DNA of 64,000 bases, taken from Deferribacterales bacterium. Lineage in GTDB: Bacteria; Chrysiogenota; Deferribacteres; Deferribacterales; Geovibrionaceae. A program made the position numbers and the translations under genes. Shown piece by piece: positions 39,090 to 49,070 of the stretch. The notes beneath the pieces were generated by a model. That model did not search any database. It saw nothing but the letters and a program-made list of their open reading frames with translations, and had not been told where the DNA came from. Location: positions 1 to 64,000 of the forward strand of contig JBFWLW010000011.1 of NCBI GenBank assembly GCA_050251945.1, in the 5' to 3' direction. Position 1 is the stretch's first letter. Each line of letters starts with the position of its first letter.

Positions 39090-41792
39090 TTAGCCTACTC
39101 TTTTGACGGCAGCGAGAACGCTATGCTGACAGTTGCCTTTTGATACGGGTCCGGGGCGCAGGCTGGTGAGGACGTTCATACATCCGCCGTAGTCAACAAC
39201 GTCCGTGTTGCCTATCTCAGAAGTTGCGAGAGTGCCGGAGTGTACTATGTCGCTGCTGTACCATTTGCCGCCGGGGTTATACCATGCGCCTTGTGGCAGA
39301 CCGATAACGCCGGGCATAACCCTTGACGTTACTTTCGCTTTGATGCGCACTTTGCCGTGATCATTGTAGATTTCAACTGTGTCTCCGTGGGCGATGCCGA
39401 GATCCTGTGCATCGTCTGTATTGATCCACGCCGTCTGTATGCTTGCTTCCCTGTTCCATTCACAGTTGTAGTAAGTAGAGTGGGTTCTCTGTTTATAGTG
39501 GAAGCCCACAACCTGAAACGGGTATGTGCTTCTTGCAGGGTCTTCGTAACCGTTCCATGCAGCATAGTATTCGGGCAGAGGGGTTATCTTGTCCATTCCG
39601 TCATTATAAACAGCGGGAAATTCCCATTGATGCTGAAGGTTGTAGAGGCGTTTTGAGAATATCTCGAATTTGCCTGACGGAGTGGATACTCTGTTGGATG
39701 TCGGGTTGCTGACATAGCTTTTAAATGCTACAGAGGGTGTGGCTGTTGTGCTCACATGTTTGATCAGACCTTTTGCGTGGCATTTTGCATAGGTATCCTG
39801 ACCGAGAGCCGATGTGAATACGCTCTGATCGCCATAGCTTGTCATTGACTGGTTGAACAGGTACTCAAGCCATTCGTCCTGAGTTCTGCCCTCTGTGTAT
39901 GCAGATTCGATACCGAGTTTTGCTGATATAAGGCTCATCATTTCATAGATGGTTTTGCACTCGAACATAGGCTCCACAGCTTTGTTCTGGAACTTGATGT
40001 CGCAAGTGTTTCCGCCTTCGTTTGTAGACATGTCGTTCTGCTCGAAGTTGGTACAGTCGGGCAGGATGTAGTCGGATATCATAGCCGACGGGGTGAAATA
40101 GTTGTCTATTGTGACGATGGTTTCAACAAGAGTTTCGTCTTTATACATCGTCATGGTGCTGTTAATGTCCGCGTGCTGGTTCAGCATGCAGTTGCCTGCA
40201 TAGTTCCATATGAACTTGATGGGCAGAGGAAGAGCCGTATCCTGAGTCGCAAGACCTCTTACTCCCCAGTTTCTTCCTGTCATAACGGTGTTGTCTTTGA
40301 TAGCCTGCGGCCATGCAAAGTTGGATATGGTATATGTCACAGGGTTTGCGGGGAAGGTGCTCGACCAGTCGTCCATGCTTATGGATACTGAAGCCGCTGC
40401 TTCCCTTGCTGCTGAACCGCCGCCGACGATACCGATGTTTTTGGTAAGGATGGTTATCAGTCCCACAGCTCTGGAGTTTGCACCGCCGAGAGAGTGTCTC
40501 TGAAGACCCCAGCCCTGAATGACCATCGCGGGGGACTGGTTGACGAGCTGTTTTGCGAAAGATTTTATAGTCGCTTCGGGGATGCCGGTGATAGCGGACG
40601 CCCATGCGGGTGTTTTCGCTGTGGCATCGGTTCCCAGACCGAGGATATACGATCTGTATGAGCTGTTTGCCGGGATAACTGGTTCTGTCGAGTCGGTGTT
40701 GCCCCATGCTTTGTCGTATGCGGGTTCATAGTAGCTTTCGGAACCTGCCGTAACCTCTACCACGCCGGTAAGGGAGGTTTCGCTCCAGCCCACGCTGCGT
40801 TCGTCTATCCATGTTTCGTCGAGCAGACCTTCACTGAGCAGATAGTTAGCCATACCTGCAACGAGAGCGGAATCCGTTCCCGGGCGGATAGCTATCCAGT
40901 CCGCTTCAAGGGCGATAGCCGTGTCGGTGTAGTATGGGTCGACAATAAGAAACTTAAGGTCGGGGTTCGCCTCTTTTGCTTTTTGCAGGTGATATGTGAA
41001 GTGTTTTGCAGAACCCATTCTGGTGTTCGCAGGGTTGTTGCCCCAGAGAACCACAAGGTTGCTGTTCACTGCATCCGTGATGGTGTTGTTGCTCCAGCTT
41101 GTTCCTTCCAGAAGGCAAAGCTCTGCTGTGATCTGCGAGGTTGAATAGTCTGAATAGTGATTCAGCCAGCCGCCCCAGAGATTGTGCAGTCTTGCCATAG
41201 GGGTTGATGCAGGCGGCCATGAGCATGAAAATTTTCCGCAGATGGTGCCTGTTGCATATTGAATGTAAAATGAGCCGGGACCGTAGTTGGATTTAACCGA
41301 CTGCATGCTCGCGGCTATTTCGCTGATAGCCTGATCCCATGTGATACGCTCGTATTGTCCGGCGCCTCTGGGAGTGCCTGAAACTCTCTTCATCGGGTAT
41401 TTCAGCCTGTCCGCGTTGTATATTCTCTGGCGCACGGAACGTCCGCGAACGCATGAACGCATCTGATAGCTTGCGCCGTATGAGCCGTATGTGTCGTCGG
41501 ATTCGTTGTCGGAGCTTACGCGGACAACCACGCCGTCCTTAACATAGAGCTTAAGGGGGCAGTTGCTTCCGCAGTTAACGTTGCATGCAGACCATACAGC
41601 TTTATCGTAATCGAATGTTTTTGGTTCGATCACGGTGTCGGAGCTGTCATAGTCGTCGTCTATTTTGTCTGAGCCGCCCATGGAACCGCAGCCCACTGTT
41701 GCTGCTGCGCCGAGAAGCGCACTCCATTTAACAAAAGTTCTTCTGGAAATATCCAGAGCTTTATCAATACGTTGTTTATCCATTACTGACAT
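39090..41792 (-). CDS. dmsA: DmsA-clade bis-MGD molybdoenzyme with a Tat lipoprotein signal
   Basis: SRRTFVK twin-arginine plus lipobox TVGC; CNVNCGSNC FS0 motif; DYSTSQI Ser ligand; FHYKQRTHSTY. Substrate not established. Confidence 0.85.
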   Translation of the reverse strand: MSVMDKQRIDKALDISRRTFVKWSALLGAAATVGCGSMGGSDKIDDDYDSSDTVIEPKTFDYDKAVWSACNVNCGSNCPLKLYVKDGVVVRVSSDNESDDTYGSYGASYQMRSCVRGRSVRQRIYNADRLKYPMKRVSGTPRGAGQYERITWDQAISEIAASMQSVKSNYGPGSFYIQYATGTICGKFSCSWPPASTPMARLHNLWGGWLNHYSDYSTSQITAELCLLEGTSWSNNTITDAVNSNLVVLWGNNPANTRMGSAKHFTYHLQKAKEANPDLKFLIVDPYYTDTAIALEADWIAIRPGTDSALVAGMANYLLSEGLLDETWIDERSVGWSETSLTGVVEVTAGSESYYEPAYDKAWGNTDSTEPVIPANSSYRSYILGLGTDATAKTPAWASAITGIPEATIKSFAKQLVNQSPAMVIQGWGLQRHSLGGANSRAVGLITILTKNIGIVGGGSAAREAAASVSISMDDWSSTFPANPVTYTISNFAWPQAIKDNTVMTGRNWGVRGLATQDTALPLPIKFIWNYAGNCMLNQHADINSTMTMYKDETLVETIVTIDNYFTPSAMISDYILPDCTNFEQNDMSTNEGGNTCDIKFQNKAVEPMFECKTIYEMMSLISAKLGIESAYTEGRTQDEWLEYLFNQSMTSYGDQSVFTSALGQDTYAKCHAKGLIKHVSTTATPSVAFKSYVSNPTSNRVSTPSGKFEIFSKRLYNLQHQWEFPAVYNDGMDKITPLPEYYAAWNGYEDPARSTYPFQVVGFHYKQRTHSTYYNCEWNREASIQTAWINTDDAQDLGIAHGDTVEIYNDHGKVRIKAKVTSRVMPGVIGLPQGAWYNPGGKWYSSDIVHSGTLATSEIGNTDVVDYGGCMNVLTSLRPGPVSKGNCQHSVLAAVKRVG

Positions 41793-41803
41793 GTTTGCCC
41801 TCC

Positions 41804-42271
41804 TTAATTACTCAACAGTTCTCTGGGTCCGTGTGATGTCATGTGACACGTTCCGCATGTTGTTTCCTGAACAGGATAGTGGCATCCGCTTCTGCAGTGC
41901 AGATTCTTGTCGTTGGTGCTGATTTTTCCGCCCCAGTCTCCTCTGTGGGAAATGGGTGCAGCCGTTTGGTGACATGCGAAACAGCTTGCCTCCGTGTGAC
42001 ATGCGAGACATGTGTCTCTGTCCCACTGCGCTCTGAGACCGTGTGTTTTGCGTTTAAATGACGCGTTGTGGTCTCTGGGCGACGTGTCCGCGTGGCATTT
42101 TATGCAGGACGTGCGGTTTTCGTGGCAGTCCAGACAGGAGTCGGGATCCGCTTTGCTCTCTGCGCCGTGCTGTTTGATCCACATGTTGTCGTGTGTTTCC
42201 GGTTTTGATGTCTGATATGCGAAGACTGTCATGCATATCAGGCAGAACATTATAGATATTACATATTTCAT
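41804..42271 (-). CDS. Periplasmic multiheme cytochrome c (five CXXCH plus one CX3CH)
   Basis: Signal peptide from MKYVISI; CLDCH, CIKCH, CLACH, CFACH, CRSGCH, CGTCH. Confidence 0.88.
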   Translation of the reverse strand: MKYVISIMFCLICMTVFAYQTSKPETHDNMWIKQHGAESKADPDSCLDCHENRTSCIKCHADTSPRDHNASFKRKTHGLRAQWDRDTCLACHTEASCFACHQTAAPISHRGDWGGKISTNDKNLHCRSGCHYPVQETTCGTCHMTSHGPRELLSN

Positions 42272-42281
42272 GATGCCCGCC

Positions 42282-43709
42282 TTATATCGCCAGACTGAGC
42301 CACAGCTCAACGCTGTAGTTCTGTTCAAGGTCGGTGTTCAGGTCTTTGAGTACCTGGCTGTTCTCATAGCTCACATCAACAGACAGAGCGGCTCTTTCGC
42401 TGAATTTGTGCTCTCCGCCGAGATATACCTCGCGAACCCAGTTCTTTTCAGTGCCGTCGTCAAGGTCATACTCGAACCTGTTAAATCTGGAACCAAGCCA
42501 GACGTTCGTTTTGTCTGAAATGACCTGTGTCAGTTCGCCGCCGAAAGCGACCTGTGAGTTCTCTTCAGTGTCTATGCTCTCCGCTACGTTCCAGTAGTCA
42601 GCAGTGATGGACAGGAAGGTATCGGGCGTGAAAAGACCTATGAAATCGAGGTTGCCGGAATATTTTACATAGCTTCTGTTATCCAGAGTATCTTCTCCGG
42701 TTCTGTTCTTGACCTCTGCGCCAAGCCCTGCCGCCATGTATTTTCCGAGCCCCTGATAAACCTTCGCCTTCACTTTGGTGTATTTGCCGTAGGGTGAGAG
42801 CGAGTAGGTTATGGGGTTTGAAATATAAGTGCCTTCGCCTTTTCCTATCTCATCCAGAAGCTGCTGGAATGACAGGGTGAGTGTTGTTTTTGTGGGGCTG
42901 TTTCTGTACACCCCGTCAACAGTGTAGAATCCGTTTCCGTCCGTATTGCCGTATTCGCCTGATACCCTGCCTTTTGCATAGGTATAGTCGGCACGCAGTT
43001 TATAGATGTCGGACGTCTCTTCGTCCATGTCCACATAGGTGTAGCCGGAAGAGAGTTTAAGCTTATCTGTCAGCTTTGCCACAAAGCCGGTGCCTGCCGC
43101 TTTGGCATCGCTGTCGTCCAGATAGAACGTGTCCGGCTGCCCGCCGAAAGCGTAGACCGTCAGCTTTTTGTTCAACAGTGTTACATCCCCGTCAACACCG
43201 TTCATGTGGATGGTGTCCAGATGGGTCACATACTGGTTGCCGATTGTCACGTTGGTGTTTTTTACCACACCGGAGAATTTCAGGAATCCCTGATACATTC
43301 TGACAGCCCATCCGCTGTCTTCCGCATCGAGGATATCGTCTCTGAAATAGTAGCGTCCGGACTGCTTGTATCCGCCGTCGCCGTCAATATCTTTTCCGGC
43401 ACGCATGAATAAAACGCCGGACATGGTACCCTGACCGACTGTAACGCTTGATATGTCAGCTTTCAGATACTGATAAAAGTTCTGATCAGACTGATAATCA
43501 TTGTCCAGCAGCTTGTACCGCGATGTGAGAGAAACGTTTAGAGTGCCGTCACCGAACTTGTGCCCGTTTGCGGTCTTTGTTATCCCCTGTGGCGTCGTAT
43601 GAACCTGCCAGCTCTCGGGAGTTGTGTAGTCCGCATCCTCAAGTCCGGAGGCACAAACGCTGCCGGCACCCAAAGCCAGCATAAAAATACATGAAAGTAT
43701 TTTTCTCAT
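42282..43709 (-). CDS. Putative outer-membrane beta-barrel protein
   Basis: Signal peptide, many Gly/Tyr-rich amphipathic strands, and a C-terminal YSVELWLSLAI strand; first gene of the operon. Confidence 0.7.
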   Translation of the reverse strand: MRKILSCIFMLALGAGSVCASGLEDADYTTPESWQVHTTPQGITKTANGHKFGDGTLNVSLTSRYKLLDNDYQSDQNFYQYLKADISSVTVGQGTMSGVLFMRAGKDIDGDGGYKQSGRYYFRDDILDAEDSGWAVRMYQGFLKFSGVVKNTNVTIGNQYVTHLDTIHMNGVDGDVTLLNKKLTVYAFGGQPDTFYLDDSDAKAAGTGFVAKLTDKLKLSSGYTYVDMDEETSDIYKLRADYTYAKGRVSGEYGNTDGNGFYTVDGVYRNSPTKTTLTLSFQQLLDEIGKGEGTYISNPITYSLSPYGKYTKVKAKVYQGLGKYMAAGLGAEVKNRTGEDTLDNRSYVKYSGNLDFIGLFTPDTFLSITADYWNVAESIDTEENSQVAFGGELTQVISDKTNVWLGSRFNRFEYDLDDGTEKNWVREVYLGGEHKFSERAALSVDVSYENSQVLKDLNTDLEQNYSVELWLSLAI

Positions 43710-43755
43710 CGTTGCTTCCTCCTTTAATAGAACAAGAAGAACTTATTCTTAATAG

Positions 43756-43789
43756 AGGTTATCAATGATAGAGTGAAGCATTGGTCAAA
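43756..43789 (-). promoter_or_regulatory. OmpR-type direct-repeat box plus -10 element, porin-dms operon
   Basis: TTTGACC-AATG-CTTCACT, 10 nt, TAACCT. Confidence 0.65.
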
Positions 43790-43889
43790 CGCTCAAAAAA
43801 GTTAAAGAAATATTAAAGAAAAAAATCGTTATATATAAAAAGAATAGCGCTGCTGGCGCGGGTTTGAATATCTATTCGTAAATCAAATA

Positions 43890-44588
43890 CTACTCAAGTT
43901 CCCCCTGCGTTTCGACATGTTCGTCGTCTATTTTATATCCGCGTCCCCGTATACTGTGGAGAAGCTGTTGTTCATATGGTCTGTCCACAAGCTGGCGGAG
44001 TATGTAAAAGTGGGACTTGAGCGAGTTGCTAACGGGAGGCTGGTCTTTCCATATGTCGTATTCCAGCTCTTCTTTAGAGACGATGCCCGGATATTTTTCC
44101 ATAAGTCTTAAGAGAATACGGAAACACACGTGGGGCAGGATAATGGAATCACCAGCTCTTTCAACTGTGCCTTTTTCAGGGTCGAGACTGAGGTCGGCAA
44201 CTGAAAAGGCGTTTGTCACGCATTGTCTGAATCTTCTTGACAGGGCTTTCAGGCGGATGAGCAGTTCTTCGAGGTCGAATGGTTTGGTGAGGTAGTCGTC
44301 TGCGCCGCACTCAAAACCGTTGATTTTGTCGTCCAGCAGAATTCTTGCCGTCAGCATCAGTACGGGGATTTTGAGCCTCATGACCTTGCGTATGTTCGAG
44401 CAGACCTCGAAACCGCTTATGCCGTGGAGGTTTATGTCAAGTATCACTGCGTCATAGGCGTTGTCTTTCAAAAGCTCAAGCGCCATTTCGCCTGACATAG
44501 CGTAATCCATGTCAAACCCGCGCCCCTCCATAAACTCAATAATGTTCTCCGCTATGTCCAGATCGTCTTCAACAAGCAGAAATTTCAT
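43890..44588 (-). CDS. OmpR-family response regulator
   Basis: LLVEDD, ILDINL, GADDYLTKPF and a winged-helix IRGRGY. Confidence 0.93.
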   Translation of the reverse strand: MKFLLVEDDLDIAENIIEFMEGRGFDMDYAMSGEMALELLKDNAYDAVILDINLHGISGFEVCSNIRKVMRLKIPVLMLTARILLDDKINGFECGADDYLTKPFDLEELLIRLKALSRRFRQCVTNAFSVADLSLDPEKGTVERAGDSIILPHVCFRILLRLMEKYPGIVSKEELEYDIWKDQPPVSNSLKSHFYILRQLVDRPYEQQLLHSIRGRGYKIDDEHVETQGELE

Positions 44589-44617
44589 TTAGGATGCTCC
44601 ATGTGTCTTTATACATA

Positions 44618-44651
44618 ATAATAACGAAATTACGGTCAAATTATGGTGAAG
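44618..44651 (-). promoter_or_regulatory. OmpR-type direct-repeat box plus -10 element, response regulator gene
   Basis: CTTCACC-ATAA-TTTGACC, 10 nt, TATTAT. Confidence 0.65.
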
Positions 44652-44696
44652 TTTTGTAAAATATCTAATCGTTTATAACTATGTGCAGTTCACCAG

Positions 44697-45230
44697 TCAA
44701 TCTTCGCTCTTTGCAAGCAGGCTCAGATAACGCATTATCTGTATCTCTTCCTGTCTGGATATGCCCGAGAGTGTTTTCATTGACTCCAGTATTTTTTTCC
44801 AGTGTGCCGCTGTGTACATCTCAGGGTCGTATGCTCTGTGGCACGTGCCGCATCGCTCGTAATACAGGACGTCCATTTCAGTTATGGCATCCTTGAGGTT
44901 GCAGACCAGATGACCTTCTTTGACGGCGGCGCTGAATGTGGCGTATGAACCGCCGTTTTCGACAGACCCCGATTTTATATTGCCAATGGGAGCTTCCGAC
45001 GCGCTGCTTTCAAACAGCTCCCCTTCGTTTGATATCCAGAATTGTCTTCTTATTATCCAGTTTTTACCGAGCTTTTCACTCTGCACTGACGTTCCTGTAT
45101 ATACAATGGCAGAAAGGCTGCCGTTTTTCATGTTTAAAGGTTTGCTCAGATACATCGTATGCACCTGCGAGGTTGTTCCCGCATAGAATGCAGCACAGCA
45201 AAGCACGATTATTATCAATACTTTTATTAT
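44697..45230 (-). CDS. Monoheme cytochrome c partner of the TorZ-like reductase
   Basis: C-terminal CGTCH...W...M resembling the TorC/TorY monoheme domain. Start uncertain (ATA 45230 or TTG 45218). Confidence 0.75.
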   Translation of the reverse strand: MIKVLIIIVLCCAAFYAGTTSQVHTMYLSKPLNMKNGSLSAIVYTGTSVQSEKLGKNWIIRRQFWISNEGELFESSASEAPIGNIKSGSVENGGSYATFSAAVKEGHLVCNLKDAITEMDVLYYERCGTCHRAYDPEMYTAAHWKKILESMKTLSGISRQEEIQIMRYLSLLAKSED

Positions 45231-47602
45231 AGTCTCTCCCTGACAGGCGGGCTGTCATATGCTGTATTGCGCGGCAGTTTGCCGCTGACCTTACGTATCG
45301 CCACGAGGCAGGTGTTGGCGGATATTGCCTGCGCCAGTCTGGACGAAGGACGGTCGGATGTCAGGATGTTCACCTGACCCGATACGCAGCGGGAGTTATC
45401 TTTTGACGGATTTTCCGCCGCATACCATGCGCCTTCTTCGATTGCAAGCACGCCTCTTGTGATCCTTTCCGTCGGCATCAATCCGGCGAGAATAGTCCCG
45501 CGTGAGTTGTACACTTCGACTGTGTCACCCTGTTTCAGTCCGAGGCGGCGCGCGTCAAACTTGTTCATGTATACAGGTTCGCGTCCGGCGACCTTGTGTT
45601 TTGCCCCAAGCGATGTGTTATCAAGCTGCGAGTGCAGCCTGTGAATGGGGTGTGGTGTTATAAGCTGGAAAGGATATTTCTTCGCCATGTACGATGCCGG
45701 ACCTTCTGTGGGTTCTATCCACGCGGGGTATCCCGGGCAGTCGTTGTAACCGAACGAAGCGACCTTTTCTGAGAAAAGCTCTATCTTGCCGGACGGGGTG
45801 CGCAGGTAGTTCGCAACAGGATCTTTGCGGAAATCGGCATGGCGTACGTATTCCCTGCTGGATTTCGGTGCAATGAAATGGACATAGCCTTTTTTCCAGA
45901 AATCATTGAAGCTGACCTTTGTGCGCATTTTACTGTAACTCCACCTTATCCATTCGTCGATGGATTTGCCGCCGGTATATGCTCTTTCAAAGCCGAACCG
46001 TTTTGAAAGCTCAAGAAAGATGTCGTAATCGTTTCTTGCCTCGAAAAGAGGCGATATCACCTGCTTCATGGCAAATGCGTATTCTGTGCCGTATGACGAA
46101 CCGAAGGATATATCGTTGCGCTCAAAGCTTGTCGTTGCGGGAAGCACAATGTCCGAATATCTTGCGGTCGGTGTCCACCAAGGTTCGTGAGTGATCACGG
46201 TGTCCACTTTGCGGAATCCTTCCACAAGCTTGTTTACGTTCGGCTGGTGTCCGATAGGCGTCACGCCTGCGGAATATATCAGCTTTATGTTCGGGTACGT
46301 CAGCTTTTTGCCGTTATAGTCTATTGTCTTGCCGGGATTCAGCAGCATTTCACCCATTCGTGATGCAGGAATAAGTATATTCACCGGGTTGCGCCCCTGT
46401 GAAAGCATCAGAGGTGCGCCGACACCTGTGTAGGGAGCGCCTGCACTGCAATAATGAATATTGAAGTATATGCCGCCGCCTGCCAGCCCTATCTGACCTA
46501 TCATGCTGGCAAGAGCAACAAGGCTCCAGTGGAACTGTTCACCGTATTGTGTCCGCTGAGGAGCCCAGCTTCCTGTCACAAGTGTTCTGTGTTTCACTGC
46601 CATGCGCGCAAGTTCCTTTATTTTATGTGCCGGAACGCCGCATATCTTTTCCGCCCATTTTGCGTTTTTGACCTTGCCGTCTTTTTCGCCGCGGAGATAT
46701 TTCAGAAATACGCCGAAACCTACAGTGTACTTGTCTATGAATTTTTTATTGTATAGCTTCTCTTCGTAAAGCGTATAGCACATTGCAAGTATCATCGGTA
46801 CGTCGCTTGCCGCTTTGATCGGCACCCATTCGCTTCCAAGCTCGTCAACCGACATGTTTTTGGTCGGGTCGACAGTCACGAACTTGACTCCCTTATCTCT
46901 CATTTTGTGCAGCCATGCGCCGTCGGAGTGTATGGGGACATGATAGTCTATCTTATTGGTTTTAAACGGGTCCGCGCCCCACATAAGTATGAGTTCGGTC
47001 TTGTCAAGAACAACTTCCCTTGATGTCTGCTGGCTGTATACCTCTATATCACCCATGACGTGAGGCAGTATCTGTGTGGCGGCTCCTGCGGAATAATCGC
47101 CGACTATGTCCGTAAAGCCTCCGAAAAGTCCCAGCATTCTTGCCTGAAGCGATGCAGCCTGATGTATGCGTCCGGGGTGCGCCCACCTTGCGTATGTTGT
47201 TTTGAAAATGGATTCGTTGCCGTATTCGCCTTTAGTTTTGGCAAGCGCCTCTGCTACGAGGTCAAGAGCGGTTCCCCAGTCCACACGGACAAACTCTTCC
47301 GCGCCGCGCATGTGTCTGCGGTCGCTTCCGTCCAGATAACTCTTTCTTACGCAGGGATATTTTACTCTGTTGCGCGCATGCACCGCGTCTTTATGAGCAA
47401 AAAGAAGATCCACAGGGTCAAGGTCTATGTCCATTGCCTCAATACGGACTATCTTTCCGTTTCTGACATAGGCTTTTAGAGGTCCCATGTGTGTCGCATG
47501 GGTTATAACTCTGTCTCCGGCTGCCAGCGCCTCCGGATTGCAGGTCAGCATTGCTGCAAAAGCTCCCGCCATTCGCAGAAATTCTCTGCGGTCTATGTTC
47601 AT
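45227..47602 (-). CDS. Periplasmic TMAO/sulfoxide reductase (TorZ/BisC-like molybdoenzyme)
   Basis: Tat signal DRREFL, no FS0 cysteines, GDYSAGA Ser ligand, RLHSQL. Start overlaps the kinase stop (ATGA). Confidence 0.88.
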   Translation of the reverse strand: MNIDRREFLRMAGAFAAMLTCNPEALAAGDRVITHATHMGPLKAYVRNGKIVRIEAMDIDLDPVDLLFAHKDAVHARNRVKYPCVRKSYLDGSDRRHMRGAEEFVRVDWGTALDLVAEALAKTKGEYGNESIFKTTYARWAHPGRIHQAASLQARMLGLFGGFTDIVGDYSAGAATQILPHVMGDIEVYSQQTSREVVLDKTELILMWGADPFKTNKIDYHVPIHSDGAWLHKMRDKGVKFVTVDPTKNMSVDELGSEWVPIKAASDVPMILAMCYTLYEEKLYNKKFIDKYTVGFGVFLKYLRGEKDGKVKNAKWAEKICGVPAHKIKELARMAVKHRTLVTGSWAPQRTQYGEQFHWSLVALASMIGQIGLAGGGIYFNIHYCSAGAPYTGVGAPLMLSQGRNPVNILIPASRMGEMLLNPGKTIDYNGKKLTYPNIKLIYSAGVTPIGHQPNVNKLVEGFRKVDTVITHEPWWTPTARYSDIVLPATTSFERNDISFGSSYGTEYAFAMKQVISPLFEARNDYDIFLELSKRFGFERAYTGGKSIDEWIRWSYSKMRTKVSFNDFWKKGYVHFIAPKSSREYVRHADFRKDPVANYLRTPSGKIELFSEKVASFGYNDCPGYPAWIEPTEGPASYMAKKYPFQLITPHPIHRLHSQLDNTSLGAKHKVAGREPVYMNKFDARRLGLKQGDTVEVYNSRGTILAGLMPTERITRGVLAIEEGAWYAAENPSKDNSRCVSGQVNILTSDRPSSRLAQAISANTCLVAIRKVSGKLPRNTAYDSPPVRERL

Positions 47603-48969
47603 GCAATTACCCCGTTTGATACCGCCGCAGGTTTGCATATTCCGGGGCAGTTAAACTCCGGTTTGCCTTTGCTGCTGCAGCATAATATTATTTTACTTCC
47701 CTTGCCTTCTTCGGATTTGATATTCAGCCTCCAGTCGAGCTGGGAACACATTCTATGTACTATCGAAAGTCCGAATCCGAATCCGTCTGCCTTTGAAACA
47801 CCGCCGACAACATTTATATTGTCCAGAACGTGCTTCGGTATGCCCGGTCCCGAGTCCTGCACGGAGATGCATGGACCATAAATTGATACTACTATTTCGC
47901 CATGCTGGGTGTATGTCATGGCGTTGCGTATGAGGTTGCCTAAAATAATGGCAAGTATCTCCGGCGCAACCGGAAGAACAGACTGTTCATATTCGTTCAG
48001 GGTTACTTTTATCTGCTTGTTGCGCATAAGATAACTGTTGTTGTCTATACATTCTCTGGCAACTTCTGCAACCCTGCTGGTGCCGTTGGTGTCTCTGCGT
48101 TCCTGTCTTGAAAGCCAGAGGAACGAGTTTATGAGGTGTTCCATGTTCATTGCGGCGCGTTTAAGGCGGGAAAGGACATTCTGTTTCTTAAAATCATCGT
48201 CGCGCACATCGTCGGAAAGTATCTTTATTGCGCCCTGCATAACTGTCAGGGGAGTGCGCAGTTCGTGGCTTGCATCCCTTGCGAAAGCCTTTTCCCTGTC
48301 TATCGCCGACTGCATCTCGCGGATGGCGTGTTCAAGGGTGGTGGCGAGGAATCCCACTTCGTCGCTCTCAAACTTCTGCGCCATATCTTTTGGAAGATAT
48401 CCTGTTTCATCCTTGGATTTGACCATCTTTGTGAGACGCACAACGGGCGATACGGCTTTGTATGCTGTTATAACGCCCAGCATCAGACCCAATATGAAGG
48501 TCGGCAGCAGGGTTATCATAAGATATTCCCTGATGATGTTCATCATGCTGTGGTCGTTCAGCAGGGTTGTTACGTTAAACAGCAGATAAAATCGCTGTCC
48601 GTCCTGTAAATCTCTGATATTTATATAGTAGTTTTGTTTGTCATTCTGCTTTTCATAATTACCTTCTTTCAGATGCGATAGCTCTTTCACAGCCCATTCC
48701 GGCATGAGATCCTCGCCCAGATAGCTTGTCATATAGGGCGAATCCGGCACGGGTATTTCAGAGCTGAAAGCGACAGGGGATATAGGGGAACGGGAGATTG
48801 ATTCTATATATCTTTCAGTTTCAAGCTGAAGTCTCTTTTTCAATGCGTATTGTTCGGTATATTTGGTGGAAATAAGGATGCCTGCAAACATAGCAGTACC
48901 AAGCAGTATGCTGAATCCGCAGAACACCAGAACAATGCGAAACCGTAACGATTTACTTATTATATTCAT
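47599..48969 (-). CDS. Sensor histidine kinase
   Basis: Two TM helices, DASHELRTPL H-box, NLIRNA, DSGPGI and GFGLSIV. Start placed at MNIISK. Confidence 0.92.
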   Translation of the reverse strand: MNIISKSLRFRIVLVFCGFSILLGTAMFAGILISTKYTEQYALKKRLQLETERYIESISRSPISPVAFSSEIPVPDSPYMTSYLGEDLMPEWAVKELSHLKEGNYEKQNDKQNYYINIRDLQDGQRFYLLFNVTTLLNDHSMMNIIREYLMITLLPTFILGLMLGVITAYKAVSPVVRLTKMVKSKDETGYLPKDMAQKFESDEVGFLATTLEHAIREMQSAIDREKAFARDASHELRTPLTVMQGAIKILSDDVRDDDFKKQNVLSRLKRAAMNMEHLINSFLWLSRQERRDTNGTSRVAEVARECIDNNSYLMRNKQIKVTLNEYEQSVLPVAPEILAIILGNLIRNAMTYTQHGEIVVSIYGPCISVQDSGPGIPKHVLDNINVVGGVSKADGFGFGLSIVHRMCSQLDWRLNIKSEEGKGSKIILCCSSKGKPEFNCPGICKPAAVSNGVIA

Positions 48970-49036
48970 GATAAAACCAAATTTCCCCCTGCTCAATATA
49001 GGCATAAGAATGTTAGTATCAAGTATAATCTCCATA

Positions 49037-49070
49037 ATTTTAAATGCAAACAGGTGAAGCATTGGTGAAG
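49037..49070 (-). promoter_or_regulatory. OmpR-type direct-repeat box plus -10 element, kinase-torZ operon
   Basis: CTTCACC-AATG-CTTCACC, 10 nt, TAAAAT. Confidence 0.7.

Noticed and set aside
41804..43709. Calling these genes mtrA/mtrB or dmsE/dmsF
   Set aside because: At most six hemes rather than ten, and a much shorter barrel; the similarity is organisational only.
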